64,000 nucleotides of DNA from Chrysomallon squamiferum (Eukaryota; Animalia; Mollusca). The translations under genes and the position numbers were made by a program. The notes under the pieces were generated by a model. The model was not told the origin of the DNA, did not search any database, and saw only the letters and a list, made by a program, of their open reading frames with translations. The first letter of the stretch is position 1. Each line of letters starts with the position of its first letter. The stretch spans positions 24,490,001 through 24,554,000 of the forward strand of contig CM022671.1 in NCBI GenBank assembly GCA_012295275.1, written 5' to 3'. Below are positions 14,401-25,080 of the stretch, in pieces.

Positions 14401-16654
14401 AAATGCAGGCTCATATTCTTAGGCCATTTAACAGGATCTTTGATAATCATGTTTACTAGCTGGAAAATACTTGTTGTGAAGAAAGGTGGTGTTCCAGTAA
14501 ACAGTTCATACAAGATACAACCAAGAGCCCTAGAAAATATTCAAAATTTCTTACATGAAAATGACTTATAACCAAATGTGGATTGAAATTTAATGACAAT
14601 GTTTAACAAAATTAATAATAACAAGAGAAGAAAAAATGTTTAAAATATGCCTTTCCTAAGGTTTTTCAAAAATATCCTGAAACATATTAAGTTCAAATTT
14701 AAGAATAAATTTCTAAAATTAATTTAAAATAGGCTTTATGTGTTTTAAAAACACATGATTAAATAACAGTATACCTTCCAGAAAGTATGTAGAATAATAT
14801 TTTGTTTTAATCTTTACCTTTTAGTAATAAAATTTGATTGATGTTTTGAAAGCACTTTGTGATTTAGGTGATATAAATTTTAACAGACTGAAAGTGTTAC
14901 ATTGAACAATTAGAGATACTTTAATCACACTTAATAAAAACAGAAGACAACATTAATACCATAAATCTGCTGTGTGGTCATAAGGCTTCTCTTCAACCAA
15001 TTCTGGTGACATGTACAATGGAGTACCCTGTATAAGAAATAATAACTTGATATAACATATTAAAACAGACAGATGGATGATTTTAAAAATTAAATAAATA
15101 AAAAAACATTTTTAACCAAATAAATATGGATGTATAGATAATTAAAACTGCAACTTCATAACTGTTCAATTAACAAAATCCTATCTGTCACAAAAGATTT
15201 GAACACTAAAACTATTCTGCCCATTTTGAAAAACACCCTCACCTTTTCTCATACATAAAGATCTCAAAATACAGTTCTTTGCATCAAAATCTAGTAAAAT
15301 AAACTCAAACCTTTATGGATGTGAGAACCAAGGTATTGAAACTCATTGCTCTTGCAAAACCAAAGTCACAAAGCTTGACGACTCCATCTTTCCCTAAAAG
15401 AATGTTTTGTGGCTTCATGTCACGATGCAGAATTCGATGTGAATGTAGATAAAACAAGGCAGACACTAACTGACAAGCAATTGTTTGAACCTGGGAATAA
15501 AAGAAGACAACAGTAACCATTAAGCATGTTGATCTTTAACATATAATAAGGAGGAAAAATCAACATTTGATTGCCAGTTTGTGTTAAGTGGAGAATTATT
15601 TTCTTCCAATATAAAATGCTTTATTAGTATTTAAAAAAGAAAGTTTTAGAAAACTGTTTAATAACTAAGGAATGTAGTATCTGTTGCATGTTTCTAAAAT
15701 GTTGAAATCAGTATAAACCTGTTGTTCAGGAAGATTTCCATCATCTTCTAAAATCTGGAAAAGTTCACCCTCTGCATAGTCTGTAACCACAGCAACCTAC
15801 AAATAAAAGAGTAATAATAAATAAAACAATTGTAAATATGCAAATTAGTTACATGTAACATCTATTGAACAGAAATGTAAAACAAATCCCTGAAAGGCAA
15901 ACAAAAAAATAATTTGTAATAATTCATTTAGTCTACCATGGTACACAATAAAAAGGAACAATGTCAATTAACCTGAAACTTGAGAAACCTTTTACTATCA
16001 TTTATTATTAGCAAAGAGTGGCTGCTTATTATCATTAAAATAATGTCCTAGAAATACACAAAATGTATTTAAATATTGTTATGCATCACTAAATTACACA
16101 TTAATAAACATTTACATAAAACATCAGTTAAACATTCTATATTACAATGAACTATTCAGCAAAACTTACTTCTTTGTCAGTTTCAAAACTGTCAAGCATT
16201 TCAATAATATTTTCATGGTGTAAGCCTCGCATTATCTCAATTTCACGTCGCAAGCTACGAAGTTCTTTTTCAGATTTACCAACTTTGGGAATAAATTTCA
16301 AAGCTACAATCTGAAAATAATTAACACAGTATTATTTAATTGCTTTGAAAGGGTATTTTAAAATAATTTTTAATAATAAATGCCATTATTTACATTAGTA
16401 ATCTACTGATAAAACCAGGTAAGATATGAATTCTTGTGAAAGTAAATATTAGGAATAAAAAGGAATTTAATCTTGGATTAAACTCAATTCTGGGTAAAAA
16501 AATAATAATAATAATGAAAAGGTTTATGAAAAATCAAAATAGAATAAAGATTTTAATTTCTGTAACTTACCTGACTACTAAACTTTTTCCTTCCCTTGTA
16601 AACCTTTCCAAATGACCCTTCACCAATAATATCTAAGACGTGATAGTTATCCAT
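1..16654 (-). CDS. STK36: Serine/threonine kinase 36 (Fused homolog); multi-exon, 3' end truncated by the window edge
   Basis: ATG at 16654 gives [28 protein letters not shown]. Kinase motifs [18 protein letters not shown] and GTPLYMSPE follow, then a long C-terminal ARM/HEAT-like region (..[23 protein letters not shown]..). Exons in transcript order: 16654-16571, 16310-16170, 15796-15719, 15490-15311, 15027-14960, 14529-14303, 13747-13584, 13225-13109, [12828-12811 candidate microexon], 11699-11553, 11201-10981, 10661-10562, 10280-10183, 9753-9648, 9163-9013, 8528-8398, 8013-7906, 7694-7596, 7027-6933, 6741-6678, 6274-6164, 5842-5768, 5245-5018, 4800-4697, 4215-4102, 3615-3456, 3300-3159, 2835-2712, 2370-2310, 1605-1476, 981-909, 515-419. 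A further acceptor (ctttacag|ATT) starts an exon at position 3. All junctions are GT-AG with consistent phases; 3798 nt (1266 codons) without the microexon. Confidence 0.95.
1593..1929. repeat. ~60-bp minisatellite (about 5 copies) overlapping an STK36 intron/exon boundary
   Basis: Unit ~CATAACTTGAACCCT(G/A)GAATTTAGATTATTATAAACAAATATGTTAAAATAATAAATATG at ~1593, 1690, 1748, 1808 and 1868, plus internal 24-bp sub-repeats (ACAAATATGTTAAAATAATAAATA). Confidence 0.9.
3824..3972. mobile_element. MITE (non-autonomous DNA transposon), copy 1
   Basis: Perfect 14-bp terminal inverted repeat CATGGCCATAACTA...TAGTTATGGCCATG. The left ~45 nt align with the element at 23283. No clear TSD. Confidence 0.75.
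7188..7440. repeat. Compound (TA)n/(CA)n microsatellite
   Basis: Dinucleotide runs read directly, in an STK36 intron. Confidence 0.9.
9205..9405. repeat. Compound (CA)n/(GACA)n microsatellite
   Basis: Read directly from sequence. Confidence 0.85.
9985..10075. repeat. (TTTTA/TTTTG)n pentanucleotide repeat
   Basis: Read directly from sequence. Confidence 0.85.
11390..11425. repeat. (CA)n microsatellite
   Basis: Read directly from sequence. Confidence 0.9.
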
Positions 16655-18223
16655 CTTCAAGATCACTGCACTAATTACATCAAATGAGAGAAAACAGTTT
16701 AGAAAATTATGTTTAATAGTGATAAAACCTTGATAGTTTTTAAATGAGATTCTTAATTTTGAAATTCCTGTCTGTTTCTAATAATAAAAGCTAATTCAAA
16801 ATACTTCCCAGTAACTACAGGAAATATTCTACATTTGTCTGATAATATTTTTTTAAATATTACTTTTCAACAGATTATAAAACTATAAACTCAACATTTC
16901 ATGTTAAATTGATAAAACCAGCACTTATAATTTAAAACGTTATTGTTTTAAACATCATTCAGATTAAAAAGATAACAATAATAAAAATCTGTTTTATAAT
17001 CATAGAGATAATAGGAACAATAGGAAAAATATATTATAAATAATATTTACTGTATAATAATCATATAATGTTCTTTTTACCTTTTATCTGTTTTAGAATA
17101 TAACTATTAAAAATACTGCATAATGTCATATATTAATAACTTCTATAAAACAAATTACAACAGCACTTATATATGATTTATGGCTCATTTTAAATGAAAC
17201 AAAGCATGATCCTTATAACTTTAAGTAAATAGTTTGTTTCGTTGTTTGTTTCGATTTTTGTTTCTTTGTTTGTTTATGAATTTCATATAATAATCTAAAT
17301 TACTGTACTGTATATATTAAAATGCCAAGGGAGCACAATAAAGTGCTAAAATTATATTTCTATAGACAGTATTGTGATCCTGATAATTAATAATAAACAT
17401 TATTTAATTCTAGTCATATACATATATTACTTTATTATAGTCTACAATGAATAATATGTATCTATCATATGTCATCTTAACTAATAGATGTATTATTCTA
17501 ACGAAATAAATCTACCAACATCGTTATACATTCCTGAGAATACGGAAAAACGTACCTTCCGATAATGAGATATAGCGTCTTAACATAATATTAAACGAAA
17601 GAAAATTCACTCCTGTGCAATCAAGAATATATACAGGCTATTCGATTTAAATTTAAACGAATGGAATGTTTATTTTCTAAACCCGATCACAAATGTGTTA
17701 CCACTATTTTTTGTTTTGGAAGCAAAGGTTATTTAAGATCAGTCCTTTCATTTGACACACATTTCTGTATTTCCCTCCTTCGCGTGGTGCACACACTAAA
17801 TATTGAAGACTACTATAAATTTGACTTGCTGAATTATTTGCTAATTTAGTGACACAATTTCTTTATTATTATGTAACGAAGAATGTCAAAGAAACCAAGA
17901 ATATACAATAAATATATGTGTATATAATATGTTTGCTTAGAATTAATATTAATCAGTTTTTTAATTCTAATATAATATTCATATTAACTTAGCCACTAGT
18001 GTTTAGAAGAAAAGAAGGCTCTAGTCTATAAAACAGACTTATGCTTAAATGTGGAGGGTGTAAAATCGATGTTTGCAAAACATGCTATAATATTAATTAT
18101 TATATGAGTCAAGCAATCAGTAAAAGATTTAAATAACCCGACCCACCAGTGGTAAATGAACATTTCGAGAAAAAAAATAATATCAAAATAAATAATTCAA
18201 TGAAAGATTTTTTATGTAAAACA

Positions 18224-18272
<49 letters not shown>

Positions 18273-18399
18273 TATGAAATAATAAAATTTTGTATGTTTT
18301 TTTGTTTGTTTTTTTATCATTTAACCTTGACTATTTTCGTTATCGTTAGGTGTATACATTCAAATCGAATACGTACAGGACTATACGTACCAAGGCAGA

Positions 18400-18462
<63 letters not shown>

Positions 18463-18602
18463 AATAAATAAATAAACTATCTCAATGAATTTGTTCAATC
18501 TTCATTTTAATCTTTTAAAATTATTGGGGTTTTACAAAGAGAGCAATTTGAAAAATAGTCGTAATTAAAGAAAGTATTTCTGTCACTAATAAACACCTTA
18601 AT

Positions 18603-18640
<38 letters not shown>

Positions 18641-18821
18641 AAAGATTTATAGTTTCTTTTTAAAGTCAGTTTCCAGTGTTAAATGTTACAAAAATTAACT
18701 CTATGTTCGAAGTTTCATCCATGGTTATTAATTATACTCCTTTTAATGTTTAAGTTTAAAATGCATTCATCTCCTTTATCATTATTTTTTTCTTCTTGTT
18801 TTTATTTTCTCCAGCTTCTGT

Positions 18822-18884
<63 letters not shown>
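18224..18884. repeat. Cluster of microsatellites: (AAT)n ~18224-18271 and ~18401-18475, (AGAT)n ~18603-18636, (CT)n ~18825-18884
   Basis: Read directly; lies between the divergent STK36 and secreted-protein genes. Confidence 0.9.
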
Positions 18885-18889
<5 letters not shown>

Positions 18890-19997
18890 TAACTTAATTT
18901 TAATTCTTACAAATGGCAAAATTTGTCGTAAAATTGACGAATTATCCCGAAGTAAACGTCGCGAAGCATGTGATGACGTTATCACACAACTGTCATTGCT
19001 GAAAACGCTGTATTTAATTTGCAAAAAAAAAAAAGGTTTATTTTTTTTTATTTCACTTTTTCTCTGTTTTTCTCTCCATCTGTCTATCTTTTTTACCATG
19101 TATGTAACATTAACGTGGTATATAATTTGAAATTGATAATTTATTTAAATAAATATGATTAACGAAGTATAAAGTTTACGGCTCTTCTATAATTACCTAT
19201 TTAAGACATATGGGCTTAAACGGCCAGTAAAAATTGATGACGGCATAACATGATAAATGTCTCACCACCTTATTTCCGATAACTTTTATAGCCACATAGC
19301 TGCTCTCTTTTTTTTTCAGGTTTAAGTTTGTCGGTGAATTCTGCGTGTTTTATTTTCATTAACTCCATATATGCATTTATATTTTAAAGTAATTTTGAAT
19401 GACACAAAATAACAGAGCAAACAAAATGACAAAAATCAGTTATCTGTCTGTAATTTACAAGCTTTCAATTTATGTAGATTTAACTCTCTTTTTTTCTTTT
19501 GGCTTGTATTCTTTAGCATAATATCCATTATTCAGTTTTAATTGAATAATGAATATTATGCTAAAGACTATTATGTCAAAAAGACACAACAAAAAAAAAT
19601 ATTATTTGTCAAAAATCAGTCAAATTTTTCGCTTGAACTGATCATCTCATAATAAGAGGATGTCAAATTAAATAGTATTAAAATATCATGGAAATTTATC
19701 AAATGAAACGATTATGATTGATGAGGTAACATAGCTGGTTATTTTTACAAATATTAAATAAAAAAATAAGAAGTGAAAACTTAGAAGAAAGATTACTTAG
19801 TTCAAGAATTTTAAACTCTTGGTGGTTATTTCAAATTACAAAAATAAGAAGAAGAAAGAAAGAAAGAAGAAAAGAAAATGGAATCTTTTTCTTATTATTA
19901 TGTTTTTTATTATCTTGATCCATATATATTTTTATGACATTTTTGTAAGACTGCAGTTTTTAGTGATTCTTTTTCTTCTCACTGTGTTTATTGTTAT

Positions 19998-20029
<32 letters not shown>

Positions 20030-20124
20030 CTGCTACTACTACTATTACTATTATGTTGTCGCTGCTGTTGTTGTTGTTAATTTTATTGTTTCTAATAATG
20101 TTTTTATTTTTCTGAAATAGCGAG

Positions 20125-22307
20125 ATGAAGATTTTGGTTTTCTTTATTTTTCTAATGAAGATGCACTTTTGTAGATCAATCACAAAGGTATAAACAATAT
20201 GAAATAGAAGATCACAATTATTCCCACAAGCACATACACACACAAATATTTGTATGTTGTTATGTGTTACAACCCTACACTCACACACACGCACATACTT
20301 AAGCACATAATAAATGCATACATATTATACACATTCAGATAAAAACACTGAAAGATACAAAACTTAATGTACTCATACAGACATACACAAAGAAACAAAC
20401 ACAAAATGATTCATTAATATATTAAATGATGACAATGATAACTTTATTTACAGATGAATATGGAAGAAAAGCATACAGACAGTTCTGAAGAGAAAAACCC
20501 AGACCACAGCAAGGAAGCTATCTTTTTACGAAAATTCTTCACATCAATTCTGAGAACAGATGCTAAGGAAAGAGGTAAAATTTACAATTAATAATATTAT
20601 CTTTTTTGTTCAAATACTGATTTACCTACTTCTTTTTCCAATTCCAGTCAACAACTGTCATATTAGTTCTCAGATCATTTTAAAGTGCATTTTTAAAACT
20701 CTTGTGTGATTAATGCGTATCCAGTATATGTGATGCAGTCATTTTTTACTCTTGTTTTTTTTTATACACAAATCCAAAGTTTTACCTATTTTAATTGTTT
20801 ATTCTCACTGATGTCACCAGTTTGTGTGAACTATGCCAGTTTGCAATACACTTCTGCTCCACAAGTTCATAACATGGTAAATTATATTTCCAAGCCAACA
20901 AGATGTCATTAAATGTTTGCATATGATATAAAATTGTGACAAAAGTAAGCTTCTGATTTCACTAATTCATTTATTGGAGAATATCAGTGAATTTTTATAA
21001 AGATTGCCAAAATTTCTGAAAAATGGTGTGAGTGAAACACAAAGGGTGTGACATTTCTGGGGTTTATAGCTAGCTAGTTCATAAAATTAAATATATAATA
21101 TTGTTATCTGCAAATTGAAAATAACTTTCGGTTTATCAAAAGAAACATATTTACAGTTTTGCTGTGTTGTTCAAGAGTAGCATAATGAAATACTAATGCT
21201 AGGTGTACCCAATAAACCATAACATTTGACATAAAATGAAAACAAGCAATTCCTTACACTATATTTTATTTTCTTCAATTTATTTGTTACAGAAGTCAAG
21301 ATAGCAAACCTCAATACAGAATACATAGAACCAGGTATCATAAAGAAAGGACCAAGTATTGAACATGAAGCACCCAGTCAAGAAATTATACGAAAAGCCA
21401 AGCATTCTAAATATTACAGGAAGAAACGTGATCTTAATTTTGATCTCGACTTGGGTTTTAACAGTCCTGACCTTAGTCATAACACAGACAGGTTAATAGA
21501 CATGCTCAACTCTGATAGATCTTCAAATGCTGCCATTACCTCTGATTCTGGCAGTTCTACTGATTTTCTTAGTTCTGAATCTTCTGGTAGATTTAACCCC
21601 ACTGATGCATCTAACCCAGCTGTTATCCAGATGTTGCCAGCAGGTGGACAAGTGGCTCCTGCAGATCAGAAACTAGTAACCACTGACCATGAGAACAAGG
21701 TTAATCCTCAGGCCAATCATGTTAATGTGATCGCTTCAAATCAACAACAAGATCAACAATTTAAAAATGATTTGGATGATAGTCAGGAACTGGATGAAAC
21801 AATGCATGAACTGGAGGTGATGCTGTCAAACATAATTAGACAGCTACCTGATGATGGTGAAAATTCTAATTCTGGCAATCATGTTCCTCATCAAGATTTT
21901 GGTGACACTAATAATGTACCTATAGAGCTTGATGATAAATTTATTGATCCTTATAATTTATTTAGTAGTCATAATGATGATGATAAACACGGAGGTCATG
22001 AGGATGATATCCATGGTAATGTTGATGGTCTTGATGATATTCACAATGATCTTGATGCATATGATGCTGTGTTACCAAAAATGAAAGTGGGTGCTGAAGA
22101 AATGAAAATAAGGGAAATGATAAACAAGTTGGACAGTATGTAATCAATTTATGTATCATATAATTTCCACGTATTTTATACTGATAACTGTATTTGTGAT
22201 GTCCATCATGATACATACTTACTGAATGAAGTTAAATCCAAATGACACTTCTTATGCCACTTTATCTTGTATTATGCCAAAGAATCTTTGGATACTGGTG
22301 TTTTATA

Positions 22308-22345
<38 letters not shown>

Positions 22346-22369
22346 GTATATTCACTTCAGTAAAAAATA

Positions 22370-22411
<42 letters not shown>

Positions 22412-22887
22412 CAGGTATAATGAAAGAAGGTCCAAAATCAGAGGTGCAGATGGAAAATAGTTTGTTCATCACACCTGATGATGAAGGCTGGTTGACAGCT
22501 GATACCCATCTCTTTGATAAGCACCCACTATTTGAAGATTTTGGAAGTGGTACTGAAGCAAAGAAAAAGGCCCAAAGTAAATCAGTCCAGCCCATTAATG
22601 TTCTCTCCGATTTAGAAAAAAAAGAAGCTGAAAACAATCATGTTTTTAATAATATTATTTCATCTGTTCCTACCCTTGGACATGTTGGACATGGCCTCAG
22701 CCTGTTAGATGGTGCTGCTAAGACAGATGTAAAAATAACTCAAGAATCATCAGATGGAACAGAAATTAAAACAGCAGATATTGCTGCAAAGAAAGATGAA
22801 ACAACTGTTCATGTCTCTCATCATCATAAAAACGGAAGTTCTCAGTGGGATGGTGAATCCAGTGTTGAACCAAATTCTGGGAATTAA
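20125..22887 (+). CDS. Uncharacterised secreted acidic Asp/Asn/Ser/His-rich pre-pro-protein, 499 aa
   Basis: Exons 20125-20187 (MKILVFFIFLMKMHFCRSITK, signal-peptide-like), 20454-20574, 21293-22135 and 22415-22887 (TAA). All GT-AG, phases 0/1/1, total 1500 nt. RKKR at 21418-21429. This model joins ORF-track ORFs 21451..22143 and 22267..22887. Confidence 0.8.
22309..22409. repeat. (CA)n and (ATT)n microsatellites in the last intron of the secreted-protein gene
   Basis: Read directly from sequence. Confidence 0.9.
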
Positions 22888-23282
22888 TCAGCGACAAAAA
22901 CAAGGATTAAAATGAAGAAGACATTATTAAATATTTGAAGAATTTGCTAGGCAGATAGTATGGGAATTGGCCTGACAGAGGGAATAACAGACACCTAAAC
23001 TGAGAAAGAAGCAAGAGAGAAAAAGATTAAAGACAGAATTCTATTTACGAAATATTAATTGCTTCAACCAAGTCTCAGAATTAAGAAATGGCAGGATTGT
23101 TTAACAAATTGTCATAACTATTAGAAACAAGGAAGTACCTAACATAAGACAAAATCTGCCTCCTCAAAATACTCTATTTTGTGTTGGCAATTAAAATTGT
23201 AAGAAAAGTAAAATAAATAAATGAAATCTATATTTGTTTTTTTATTTGTTTACTATAATAACAGCAGTACAGCAATAGCTGT

Positions 23283-23548
23283 CATGGGCGTAATTAGACT
23301 TGTTTTGAAATGAGGAAAAAACACTTAATCGCGTAATCTGGGGGCTGCATAATTCTTCAATCGCAACGATGTCAGTAGACTTCAGACAGTAACCGTAAAC
23401 ATAAATTAATTCATTCAGTGGATATCGTTTCAGTCAAACAGATATTTATATTTTATATATTTTTAAGTAAATAATTATAATAATAAAAATATAAAAATTT
23501 AAAAATCGTCAGTTATGAGGCATTTGCCTGAATGTAGTTACGGCCATG
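23283..23548. mobile_element. MITE, copy 2 (same family as 3824-3972)
   Basis: Imperfect TIR CATGGGCGTAATTA...TAGTTACGGCCATG. The left end CATGGGCGTAATTAGACTTGTTTTGAAATGAGGAAAAAACACTTAA matches copy 1 CATGGCCATAACTAGACTCTTTTTGAAATGAGGCAAAAACCCTTAA. Confidence 0.7.
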
Positions 23549-23759
23549 TAGTATAATTTATTGTTATTGGTAAAATTATTTGCAACATATCTGCTGTAAA
23601 TATTTATGGCATTTTGAAGAATGAATTTATTTTAATTTAGAATCTGTGCTGAATTTACTGTTCTTTCTGCCAGTCTCCATACTCATGCTGAATATAAACA
23701 GTAAACTTTGTCTGGAGAAAATTAATAGCTCGCAGACGCCAGTAATCTCCAACAATCTG

Positions 23760-25080
23760 CCCTATGACGTCAACCTGTATTGGTCGCTTATCGACTTGTC
23801 GACTGGAAGTAGGCCACCTAAAGTGACGTCACAGGACTCCGTTTCAGAAAGACATCTTTAATTTAAGAAAATCTTACGAATAACCGTCCACATAATTTGC
23901 TACACATTAAGGACTAGGCTACCATTAAAGTACTCCACTGAAAATCGTTACATTCACTTTTTAACTCCCGTCATTACTGTTTCAAATATCCTGCTACGGT
24001 TATTGTTTAAATTGTTATAGTCTGTTCGTGCATGTGTTTGGCATGAAAACCACACTCATATCAATATTTTTTTTATTTTTTTTATTTTTTTTTTATTTTA
24101 AGGCATTATTTTACTAAGATAATTGTAACGAACTATTTCAGTATTATTTTCCGGTTTACATTTGTTTTCTTTTTCTTATTTTACGATTGTCGTTTACTTC
24201 TTTTCACTTTTGTGTGTGTATATCACTATATGTGTCAATGGTTCCATTAATTAGATGTCTTCTGACGTAGATGTAGCCACAGGTGGCAAATTATTACAAA
24301 ATGTACTTGTAAAGTTTTCTACTTCTAGTAATAAAAATGTAGCGAATATATTTTTAATATATAAAAAATATTAAAATTGTCGAATAAAAAAAGCCATCCA
24401 AGAAATTTTAGTATAAAGGATGAACCATTGTGATTGGCCGAAAATCCAGACACGATTGGTTTTTAAACATTCTACGCTGCACGTTATTCTTAATGAGGTG
24501 AGCCAAGATTATAACCGGTCTATTTAGTTCCTACGTACATTTTGATGAGAAACAGAAGACGCGTGAAGAAATTTGCTATTTAATAATGAGCGATACACGT
24601 AAGAAATTTTAGTAAAGTTTTCATTTAAAAAGAAACTGACGAAAAAGTTCGTTTTTTAAACATTTTGGTACAGAATGATTGATTTCTTATTTTCATCAAG
24701 AATGTTTATAATGACAAATTCAGTCGTGCTTTGTCGGCCATTTTGTTCTCGCAAAATTCGGAGATCAAATAAATAACAATTAAGATTGATAATTTTTCGC
24801 TAAAATGTTTTGTGAATATTCGAACACGGCTGACTAAATTTTGCACGTGCTTATTTATGTCCCGTTAACCACTGTTTAGGACAATAGAAGTTTGTGACCG
24901 AAAAAAAAAGAATCATTTTAACATTTTTTTTGTGAGCAAAACTAAAAAATTAATAATATATTAATAAACAAATTACAATAAGAAAAGAAATACAAAATGT
25001 GGTCGAATTACTTGTAAAAATTAAATCAAACAGAATACAGTAGCATGCGCTTGTTTGATTTGTAAAAAGGTGGCCATTTT
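23760..25080 (+). promoter_or_regulatory. Promoter and first-intron regulatory region of the FET gene
   Basis: Locally CpG-enriched. Two perfect CRE palindromes TGACGTCA (23765-23772, 23824-23831), inverted CCAAT boxes (ATTGG ~23779, ~24433, ~24455), and YY1-type GCCATTTT at 24737 and 25073 downstream of exon 1. Confidence 0.55.

Noticed and set aside
18961-19008. Box C (GTGATGA) and box D (CTGA) with a short GCG/CGC stem; similar pairs at ~39172, ~43214 and ~51533
   Set aside because: C-to-D spacing is too short for a C/D snoRNA and there is no recognisable rRNA/snRNA antisense element.
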